A stretch of 64,000 nucleotides of DNA from Octopus vulgaris (Eukaryota): NCBI GenBank assembly GCA_951406725.2, contig OX597815.1, positions 97,030,001 through 97,094,000 on the forward strand, given 5' to 3'. Below the pieces are notes generated by a model. It had not been told where the DNA came from, ran no database searches, and saw nothing but the letters and a program-made list of their open reading frames with translations. This document shows positions 26,370 through 38,832 of the stretch, piece by piece. The first letter of the stretch is position 1. Each line of letters begins with the position of its first letter. Both the position numbers and the translations under genes were made by a program.

Positions 26370-27374
26370 AACTTCGGACTTAGTATAACTATAGACACTA
26401 ACCTGACGGTTGTCAATTTCTTAGACGTTTCCTTAGATCTTAATAATAATATTTATAAGCCTTATAGGAAGCCCAATGATAGACTAAGTTATATTAATGT
26501 AGGTTCATGCCATCCCCCTATAGTATTCAAAAATTTAGTTAAAAATATTAGTAAGAGGATTTCTAGCCTCTCATCTAATGAGGACATCTTCAATAGCGTT
26601 GCCCCAGTTTATAATAAAGCTTTAAAAGATAGTGGTTTTAGCGAAAAAATAAAATATACACCTATCACCAGCCCAACAATAAGGAAAAGGAATAATAGAA
26701 ATAGGAAGGTCATCTGGTTTACGCCCCCTTACTCACCCGAGGTGGCCTTCAATATAGGTAAATATTTCCTAGCACTGATAGATAGACATTTTCCAGTTAA
26801 CCATGCTTATAGGAAACTCTTCAATAGACACAATTTAAAAATTAGTTTTAGTTCAACTACCAATTTTAAAAACATAATCAATCATAACATACAAAAAACA
26901 CAAGAAGAAAACAGCTGTTCATGCAGGAATAAAGAATTGTGCCCGCTAAATGGAGCTTGCATGTCCAAGACCATCATATATGAAGCTACCGTAAACTCTA
27001 TAACCACTAAAGACACCGTTTCGACGAAGAAATACGTGGGCCTGACAGAGGGTAATTTCAAGGCCAGGTTCAATAACCACACTTTGAGCTTTAGGCACTG
27101 GAACAAAAGAAAAGCGACACAATTATCCAATCATATTTGGTCTTTAAGAGATAAAGGTGGCGATTATAACATACAATGGAAGATTTTGGCCAGATGTAAG
27201 CCCTATACTAACGGCAGCGGAAGGTGCGGTTTATGCGACATGGGGAGATGGCTTATCTGGAAAAGAAGCTTAGACCCTACCCCATGTCTAAATACAAGGA
27301 CAGAGCTTTTCGGATCATGCCCACATGTGACTAAATTTCTGTTACGTTTTTGGTCCCCTAAAGAAAACGGATAG
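26370..27374 (+). CDS. PLE reverse transcriptase C-terminus/thumb plus GIY-YIG endonuclease (partial, ~334 uninterrupted codons)
   Basis: Frame is open upstream of the listed ORF: FGLSITIDTNLTVVNFLDVSLDL...YKPYRKPND...SCHPP...RKVIWFTPPYS...IIYEATV...YVGLTEGNFKARFNNH...CGLC...LNTRTEL..SCPH; no start codon because the element is truncated. Confidence 0.9.
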   Translation, partial: NFGLSITIDTNLTVVNFLDVSLDLNNNIYKPYRKPNDRLSYINVGSCHPPIVFKNLVKNISKRISSLSSNEDIFNSVAPVYNKALKDSGFSEKIKYTPITSPTIRKRNNRNRKVIWFTPPYSPEVAFNIGKYFLALIDRHFPVNHAYRKLFNRHNLKISFSSTTNFKNIINHNIQKTQEENSCSCRNKELCPLNGACMSKTIIYEATVNSITTKDTVSTKKYVGLTEGNFKARFNNHTLSFRHWNKRKATQLSNHIWSLRDKGGDYNIQWKILARCKPYTNGSGRCGLCDMGRWLIWKRSLDPTPCLNTRTELFGSCPHVTKFLLRFWSPKENG

Positions 27375-27568
27375 AACATGCTTTCTGTGTTATGTCCCAA
27401 GAAGATTTTATATATTTTTATATATTTTTATATATTTTTATGTATTTTTATATAATTTTTATGACGAAAAATGCGAGCGATGTATAAGTACGCAGGCAAA
27501 GCAGAGTTATAACAGAGTAATTTCCCTTCATTTTTAACGGTATTTTTTCATAACGTTTTCAAATAGCC

Positions 27569-27631
27569 AGATAACCGAAGAGATGGTGTTGTGGATTTCC
27601 ACTTCGGCATCTGAAACTCAGAGTTTTATCT
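27569..27631 (+). ncRNA. type I hammerhead ribozyme motif in the PLE pseudo-LTR (variant core)
   Basis: Stem I AGATAA/TTATCT; core CCGAAGA; stem II GATG...CATC with inner GTGG/CCAC hairpin; extra T before GAA; palindromic stem III ACTC-A-GAGT; GUU cleavage triplet. Confidence 0.72.
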
Positions 27632-27787
27632 TGACTACCGAGTAATGTAACATATTGTATAGATAAATTTCCTCTATTTACATAATATTGAGGTCTCTTT
27701 CTTTCTTTTGTTATCTTACCGTTTTATCAATATATATATATATATATAGTTATAGATGCATAAATATATATGTATATGCATATATGG

Positions 27788-28060
27788 GTACAGAAGGTCA
27801 CAAACCGTAAACAACATGAAATGCGAAAACAAATAAGTTGAATATGCAAGCAAGGAGAGAAACAAATGTAGAACAGGAATATTAACATAAAGAACGACAC
27901 TTCATCAGTTGTTTGCTGTATGCCTGATTCTCATTTCGAGTATTGAACAACAACTTGAGTCTTCAAAAAGGCAGTTGCTCCCGCAAAATCCAAATTAAAT
28001 TTGGGATTTATGGAGAGTCAAATTTGGTAACAAAAGCAGGACGGTGGAGATATACAAGGA
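27788..28060 (-). repeat. interspersed repeat family E (unassigned, possibly a PLE tail)
   Basis: Reverse-complement similarity to 38340-38570 (CAAATTTGAC.CTCCATAAAT...GGGAGCAACTGCCTTT..GAAG...CTCGAAATGA...ACAACTGATGAAG). Confidence 0.7.
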
Positions 28061-28078
28061 AACAGAACAAACAAACAA

Positions 28079-28148
<70 letters not shown>

Positions 28149-28469
28149 ATGTAAACTAAAAATACTTGATTGTTAATCATACGAAAATTTTAAGCCCACC
28201 TTCTCGTCTTAGATGTACACGTGTATATATATTTTGTACATATTTTCTACATTTAAACCCAAGGTTTTTATTTTTTATCTGAATTAATATTTCCATATCT
28301 GTTAACTTGGTATCTTTATTATCTTCCCGTCTTTGTCCTTGGTATTGGTGTATAAGTTCAAATCATTTGAGCACTATTAAATGTTTTCTATATTGAAATT
28401 TTCTTGATCGCAACTGTTGACTCCCTCTCCTTCCTCTTCGTCTCTCTATCTCTTTCCGTCTATACAGAA

Positions 28470-28560
<91 letters not shown>

Positions 28561-29524
28561 CAACTTTCCATGTGAATGACTATTTCTTCCTTTCTCTCTC
28601 TTTATAAATGTGTGTGTATGATTATATTTGTATGTCAGTATGTGTATTTATGAATAAAGTTGGTTCAATATGTGAATATTATTGTACACGCGTGTTTGAT
28701 ATGACTCCTAGCAAACAGTTATTTACAGGCGTGTATCGTGTGATTAAAGAATTGAACTTTTTATTTTCAATTTTTTTTTATTTGTTGGTGCCAAGAAAGT
28801 ATGATATTTGAACAAAATTCTAGGCTTATATATATGGCTTTGTTTCTCTAATTTAGTACTTGTTTTGTTTCTAGGCAAAATAACACAACATCAAATTCAA
28901 CTAATTCTAGACGATGTGACAACACAAAGCTCCGTTTTCTGAAAGCCAGATGCACTATAAATAGAAGGAATAAATATGTCTTCCGTGGTTACTATAAATA
29001 TTTCTTTTACATATGTTAAACAAACTTGCCTAGATGCGTATTTGATTTTTTAAGAAATTCATAATAGTCTGTGCATATGAAAAGCAAAAACCAAAGTGTG
29101 AAACAAAACAAAATATTAGTAAGACCTTGGTGTTATTCTTACATTTATTTCGTATGAGAAGTAATGTAAACTAGTATATTCATTTAATACTTGTAAGCAA
29201 AAAGAAGAGAAAGAAGCTGGAACTTTTGAACTCGATTTAGAATTGTTATATGTAGTTATGTTTTGAGTTGAAACAACACCGGTTTCGTCTTACAGCGGTC
29301 GATAAATTAAATCCCAGGCAAACAATGAGTTCAATGTAATGGACTATAATTTCTTCATTAAATGTCAGCACTTGTATCAATGAAATAATCTCATGTTTGA
29401 CATTTGGAAAGTAATTGATTAGTCATGTACTATGTGTAGAGGTTTCATGTTAAAGTTAGGAGCGATTAAGATGGGGAAGGTGATGGTGATAATATTATCG
29501 ATTTAAAAGTTATTGTTGGTGATA

Positions 29525-29700
29525 TTTTGTTGTTTAACCCCGTTCTTAAACTAGATCAAAAGCATTTCAGCCGTAACCAATCCTGTTTTAATCTAGTCAA
29601 ACTGTACCCCAGACAACCTTACCTAATTGATTCTTCCATTTATTGAAGACAGTATGGTGTAAGGAATATTTAACATATATTTCTGGTAGGGCGAATAAAT
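29525..29700 (+). repeat. family D-like interspersed repeat
   Basis: TTGTTGTTTAACCCC...GATCAAAAGCATTTCAGCCGTAACC; weakly similar to the reverse complement of 17128-17322. Confidence 0.45.
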
Positions 29701-30147
29701 CGTGTGAGGGTCAAATTTTTGGATCGAATTAAATATATTTGGATATCGAACTCATGTGGGATTTATGAATAGAAGACTATTGTTATAACATCTGAAACTT
29801 CTGCTATATTATGGGTACAGCTTTGTTGGGTAAAACAAAGTTCACATTCAGCGGGGTGAAAACATTTTCAGTAAGGATAAATCGAGTCAAAAATGGTAGG
29901 GAAGACATCTCGGAAATTTAAAATTAAAAAAGGTTGATGTGAGGGATGTGAGCTGGCATAGCAGGTCTGGCCTACTGCAATTTTAATGAGAAATAACCAG
30001 TAAATAAAATAGCATGTGTTCTTAGCAAATTTTTAATATTTCATAAAAAAATTTCTTTTACTCGCCACGTTATTTATATTTATACGGAAGCACTATTTTC
30101 TTGTTCTTTAATGAACCATTGTTAGTATCTCACCGTAATTTATAACG

Positions 30148-30328
30148 ATGCATCGCTGTGTGATAAGTGGTTTACTTCCCAAACACATGGTTTAGTCCCA
30201 CTGCATGGCAACGTGGGTAAGTATCTATTATTATAGCGTCAGGCCGACCGAAGCCTTGTGAGTAGATTTGATAGACACAATTTCAATGAAGCCTGTACAT
30301 AATACATTCATACATATATGTATGCATG

Positions 30329-30363
<35 letters not shown>

Positions 30364-30520
30364 TTGTGTGTGTATATGTATGTATTATGTTCATGTGTGT
30401 ATCCGTGTGTGTAAATGTATATATGTTCAAGTATGTGTGTGTGTTTGTCTCCAGCCGAAACTTGACAACCGATAGTGGTGTGTTTAAGTCCTAGTAACTT
30501 AGCATTTCGGCAGTCTAATG
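30148..30520 (+). mobile_element. SINE family A with expanded internal TG/TA microsatellite
   Basis: CACATGGTTTAGTCCCACTGCATGGCAAC...GGCCGACCGAAGCCTTGTGAGTAGATTTG...CTTGACAACCGATAGTGGTGTGTTTA. Confidence 0.8.
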
Positions 30521-30987
30521 ATTTAAACAAGTAAAACATGAAAGCTAACTTAGTTGTGAAAAAATATGCTTAAGTCGTTAATGCTTATTGTATTACTCTG
30601 TACTTTATTCTGCTTGATTGCTGTTTAAAGTATTAATACTATTTGTGTTTGTAACAACATCATAAACTACATGTGATTAAATATCAAACATGAAGTATGA
30701 ATATGTATGCAACTGCCATTCATTTTGTTTAAAATATCAGAGGTTTCTTTCTGTGATTTATAGAACTATTTTCTGTTATTTTGTTTTCTTCATCAGAGAA
30801 AATTTGTTAATTGCATTAAAATTTTACCAATAGCTTTATTTAATTCACATGCTTATTGAATTTTACAAATCACTCAATATTTTATTAATGTGTTTCTGAA
30901 TACCGCTAATAATTCTGCTTTCATTCATTAATATTTAGATCAAATTACATATTTACAAGGGTTGTGATGTTTTTACCTTTACATGTA

Positions 30988-33350
<2,363 letters not shown>

Positions 33351-33799
33351 TAGTGTGGTGTTATGTGTTTGAAAAAAAAAATATATATGGCTGCGATGAA
33401 CGATCTAGATTTAAAGTATGCATATAAATATGAACATTTGTAGATGCACAGGGGATATGTTTGTGTTGGTATGGAACGTATACATGTTTATAATTATGTA
33501 TGTCGAGGTATGTTATACTGATGACGTTAAAGGAAGTTATATCCCTGGACTAGAAATCAATTGATCCAAGGCGAAACCTTTTTTAAAATGTTTTTCGTTC
33601 ATTTCTTTCGCTTTCAGCCCGTGTCTATGTGATAAATAAGGTAGTTTTAGAGTTACTTGACCTCTTCTACCATGATATGCTACCATGTAGTTTGCCTTTA
33701 TATACATATAAGCAAAAATTTAGAATTAGATGAATTAGGTATTAAGTTGAGGCACCGGAACTTAGTACGGTATTATCCATACATTTTCAAAATAAGGTG

Positions 33800-33915
33800 A
33801 TTAAAATGAAAGTAAGCAACAGGTTATCCAAAAGTAATGCAGTACGATCGTTTCAAGCGACTCTATTTAATTGAACAATGCACCCATTACATCAATTGCA
33901 TTTAGCTTCTGCATA
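33800..33915 (-). repeat. hammerhead-bearing short repeat (family F), core partly deleted
   Basis: Reverse complement of 35075-35197; keeps GAAACGATCGTA and a TGCAG/CTGCA stem I but lacks CUGANGA. Confidence 0.75.
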
Positions 33916-34192
33916 TATATATTTTATCATGGTTTTAGTGATCAAGCTGTTTTATTCCTTTTCTACACTACCTGATCATTTTTTATTTTATAACAGCCTC
34001 TATAAAACAAACCTAATATTTGTGCCGCTATAAATTCATATTTAGCTTATATAAAACAATAACGGTATCTGCACAACTTAAAATAAACTGCTTCGATTAT
34101 AATTTAATTAATATATAGTTAGCATATTATTCTCTTGCCACAGTACTCCTTTATAAAATACCAGTAAATGCCAATGAAAAACATTCATAGAT

Positions 34193-34428
34193 ACCTATTT
34201 CTTTATTACCCACAAGGGGCTAAACATAGAAGGGGCAAACGAGGACAGACATAGGTATTGAGTCGATTACATCGACCCCAGTGCGTAACTGGTACTTAAT
34301 TTATCGACCCCGAAAGGATGAAAGGCAAAGTCGACCTCGGCGGAATTTGAACTCACAACGTAACGACAGACGAAATACGGCTGCGCATTTCGCTCGGCGT
34401 GCTAACGTTTCTGCCAGCTCGCCGCCTT
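34193..34428 (-). mobile_element. young full-length SINE family B with TSD
   Basis: Head GGCGGCGAGCTGGCAGAAACGTTAGCACGCC, B-box GAGTTCAAATTCC; flanking direct repeats TGAAAAA(C/T)ATTCATAGATACC at 34175-34195 and 34429-34449. Confidence 0.92.
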
Positions 34429-35080
34429 TGAAAAATATTCATAGATACCGAGAAATAAGTTAGTATGTAATTATATAATACGTATGAATATTTAACTATT
34501 TCTATGCAATTTTTTTTCCTCCCTCTATTGTGGTAAAATTTGTTATATACTCAAAAGTATAAAAATAAATTATCCTTTTGTTATAAATAACCCTAAGTTT
34601 TAGCTTTATACGATATGGCAATATTGTTTAAAATATCTAACTATAGTACCCCATGATAAAATTTCCCCTGTATTATCATCACTGGTTTACGAGAGTCTTG
34701 CCCCTTTAAATATCAGCTAACATTTTCATTTAAGATTTCCTTTATCAAATCTCGTTATATCGTTTCAAATTAATCTTGATAGTTTTAGGACTATACCGAC
34801 TTGATTTCAGTCGACTCTCTCAGTCCCTTTCCTAATAGACACTGATCCTTGTTCTTTGGCCTTAGATTTTCATATACACAGATTTGATAAACAAGACTAT
34901 AAATTAAAAATAGTGACAAGCGAGAACTCTAACAAGTATTTCTTCCTCATACCTTATTGGCTTCTGAACTGAAGTGATGATAGCATATTCTTTGTCTATC
35001 TCCTTACCTTCTTGGAGGTTTTGGGTAAAATTATATTAATGTGTCCATGAATTTTAATTTAATTTAATTCTATATATTTG

Positions 35081-35166
35081 TACAGCTGAGGACTGTTCTG
35101 CATTTAAATTTATGTAATGGTTCCATTGTTCAATTAAATGGAGTCGCTTGAAACGATCGTACTGTA
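35081..35166 (+). ncRNA. type I hammerhead ribozyme motif with long stem II, in family F repeat (35075-35197)
   Basis: TACAG-CTGAGGA-[stem II with CATTTAA/TTAAATG and AATGG/CCATT]-GAA-ACGATCGT-A-CTGTA; base of stem II imperfect. Confidence 0.65.
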
Positions 35167-35198
35167 TTACCTCTGGATATCCTGTTGCTTATTTTGAT

Positions 35199-35240
<42 letters not shown>

Positions 35241-37900
35241 CGTGTGTATAATTATACATATATATATGACTTCCACAGATACACACAACTTATATAATAA
35301 TATATTTATGTATATATGTGCATATACATTAGTTAGTGTATATAGTTGAGTATACATAGAAATACATACCTATAAACATTCTCATATACCTACATATACA
35401 TATATAAATACACATATATGTATTTATTTTATATTTATATATATGTATATATACATATATGCACCCATACATTCAGACGCACACACACATATGAGAATGG
35501 AAGTACTTCACTAATGACGATGCATGTGCACGAACACAGACAAATATACATATACAGACATATGTTCATGATATACATTCCTACGCCATATGCATGTATG
35601 AATGGTTGCCAATTGGCAATATATGCAACTAAAGAGAAAGACAAAGATATTTTCTTCAATTGCTGGCCATTTGACAGGTGTGATATGATAATGAGACATG
35701 CTGCCTCACAAATTTATAGAGCGAAGACACACACTTCTTCGGATATTAACTAACATAATACTGAATCACAGTCACAATCATAGGTGATAAATGCGAACAA
35801 ATACAATCAATATATTAAGCTTTAAAAGAAAATATGTCTTCTTATAACACCATTCGTAAGACTGACAGTTGGAATTTCTGCATTGTCTGAATTATTTTAT
35901 CATGTTAGCTTGAATCACTGTATGGTAAATCCACTGAATTGATGTCATTTATTTTTATCTTATAAATACTTCATACCAGTTGTTTCAGTAAATGTAGTTT
36001 TAGCAAAACCTGAATGGATGCATATCCATCTAAATATACCTGGAATCAAATTTCAAGCAAAACTTTGTTTTATATGCATAGCAATACGCTGTAGATTAAT
36101 ACATCTGGGAATGTGAACTATAATATATAAAAATATTTTAGGTTTTATTATTTTTAACACGAACAACATACTTCCCGTCCCGTATAGAGTAATAGATTAT
36201 AAGTTAATAACTGGTTCAATGACATAACTAATACATGATTTCTAAATTTCTGCAGTACGATATAGCAGAGTTTTATCCATCTGTAAATTAATTTCTTCGT
36301 GAACACATAGTAGATATTTTATTCGTCTTAGTGCTTTTGACATTAACAGCGTTGTGCACGCTAGGAAATCTTTCACAGTAATTCTTTCTTGAGTTATCTA
36401 ACGAACTAGGAATTGTTGAGCTGATTATGATGTTGTATAATGTAGCTGTTGTTTAAAAGTTTAGGATTGTTTATATTAGACCTTCTTGGATATAAAGCTG
36501 ATATTCAGAATCCGTTATTTAATATGCTGATAAGCTATTTTGCAATTTAAAAACACCTACATAATGGATGCTATAAGGAAAAAGTTTATAATTGTATACA
36601 TGGAGTTGACATTTAAGTTCAGAATAAATGAGCATCTAATTATTGTTAATTTTTTAGATATATGAACATAATAAAGTACTTATACTGGTCAAATTGCAGT
36701 TCATTTATAAAAACTGATGTCATTTCCTCAAAATTCTTTGAATCCTACTAAATAACATAAGATCATATCGTAGTTACATTTTACGAAGAATCACTTTAGG
36801 CGTGATGCTCATTATTCTAACCGAGATATAAAATATTATGATGCATCACATACAAAAAGCAATCATACATTAAAAAAGTAAAACTATGCAGACAAAATTT
36901 TATATAGTTTAGGTTTTCTTACCAATATTCACTAAAATTTACTAAACTTTCACAACAAGCATTTCTTCAGAGAGTATAGAAAAGATATAATCTTTATATA
37001 AGAAGCTGCCCCATGCTCTGCATTAACATAAGAAAATATAAACATCTCAACCAAGCAGGTTTATATGTTTAATTACAAGGGACATAAAACCTGCCCTACA
37101 CATGAGCATGTGTCTTTCTAAAACTTTAGATCATCGGTCGAAGAGCTATCATCCGAAGTAGTGAAAAATCCTATACAGTGAAACTTGCTGTAGAAGGGAA
37201 TCTTGTAACATTTGAGAACATTCAGAAATACAGAATTTCGGCTCACCAAATTTGTTCAAATATATATTGTGTTTAAGGGATGAAAATATTAATAATGAGA
37301 AAATCGATTACTCTATTACAGAACACGCGTCAGCTTATATCCGTATCTCGAGAAAATATTATCTTTATATCTCGGAGAAATATATCCTATTACAACGTTT
37401 TGCAAATTTAACGAAAATTCGGAAATTGTGGATATAACATTTATTTCCATCGATATTTATTCAGGAATGTCTAAATACAAATCGCCAAAATTGTTTATTT
37501 TCTACGTAATTGATTTGCCATTCTCAGGCACATATACACAGATTATAAAATATATGCCTTTATGTTGGCCCAAACTACAAAAATTAATAACGAGTCTTTC
37601 TTCATTGTGTAGTTTCCACATACAATGGAGAAAACATCAAAATATTATGTGCTTTTGAAAGTGAATAGATGAATATACCACGTGTTCCGCATACAACAAT
37701 TGCAGAGATGAAAATCCTACGCATAATCTGTAGGAATAACTAGCAGCAACGCTAGTCCCAATGAGTAATCATATCTCGATGCATTCATGAATATTTATAT
37801 TTCCCTATTCTTCCAGTTCTTTTTGATTTGTTTACATATTTGGCAATATTCGTGTCCAAGTAAAGACGGGAAGGCTTCAGATTCGATAATTCATAGTATT

Positions 37901-37946
<46 letters not shown>

Positions 37947-38339
37947 ACTCCTTGTCCAACATACACTACTCCCCATATATAGATATATATATATATATAT
38001 ATATATAATTACTTGGAGTACTCTATACTGTTTTCATCCTTCTCTAATTTCCTTTTTCCTCCTCCCTCTTTCACCGTTTCAGTCTGTCTCTCTCTCCTCT
38101 TTCTCTTTTTTCTCTCTCTCGCCCATTGCTCAAACGTTACCATCGTCCATCTTCCGTTCCCTCACGTGTCCATCTTCCTGTTCCTATACGAACGTTTAAA
38201 CGAAAGTACCTATTTCTCTCTCGCTTCTATCTTTACAAAATTGTTTCTCCCAGGGTTCACTATTTTCCTCTCGTTCTGGTCAAACGAACCTCCATGTTTG
38301 TTTCCTTTCGACTTCTTTGTATCGCTCTACAATCATTTT

Positions 38340-38567
38340 AAGTTTCCCAAATTTGACCATCCATAAATGATCAATTTTGTGTTAGAATTTATGGGAGCAA
38401 CTGCCTTTGAAGGCTTATATTGTCGCTATATGCTCGAAATGAAGAGTTGTTACACAGCCGACAACTGATGAAGAGTGCTTTCTCTGTGTTAAATTTCCTA
38501 TTTTCCATTTTTTTTTCGTATGTATTTCATGTTATTTGCAACATTGGTGACGTCCTGTGCTCATATA

Positions 38568-38570
<3 letters not shown>
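38340..38570 (+). repeat. interspersed repeat family E
   Basis: Second copy of 27788-28060; ends in (TA)n. Confidence 0.7.
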
Positions 38571-38613
<43 letters not shown>

Positions 38614-38615
<2 letters not shown>

Positions 38616-38832
38616 CGCAGGAGTGGCTGTGTGGTAAGTGGCTTGTTTACCAACCACATAGTTCCGGGTCCAGTCCCACTGCGTGGCACCTTGGCCAAGT
38701 GTCTTCTGCTATAGCCTCGGGCCGACCAAAGCCTTGTAAGTGGATTTGGTAGACGGAAACTGAAAGAAGCCCGTCGTATATATGTATATATATATATATA
38801 TGTACGTATGTATATACATATGTATGCATGTG
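38614..38832 (+). mobile_element. young SINE family A, 5' half
   Basis: GGCGCAGGAGTGGCTGTGTGGTAAG (A-box) ... CCGGGTCCAGTCCCACTGCGTGGCACC (B-box-like) ... GGTAGACGGAAACTGAAAGAAGCCCGTCG; directly follows (TA)n. Confidence 0.9.

Larger units (their letters stand above)
26157..27730 (+). mobile_element. young 5'-truncated Penelope-like element (C-terminal GIY-YIG, Nematis-like) with inverted pseudo-LTR
   Basis: 159-bp inverted repeat 26157-26315 / 27503-27661 with no mismatch seen; internal RT-EN frame; (TA)n on both sides; clade assignment from recalled motifs (VIWFTPPYS, CxC..CPLNGxC). Confidence 0.93.

Noticed and set aside
26742-27374. Possibility that the PLE is a selenocysteine-encoding Naiad
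   Set aside because: The endonuclease is C-terminal to RT and there is no in-frame TGA; Naiads have an N-terminal endonuclease
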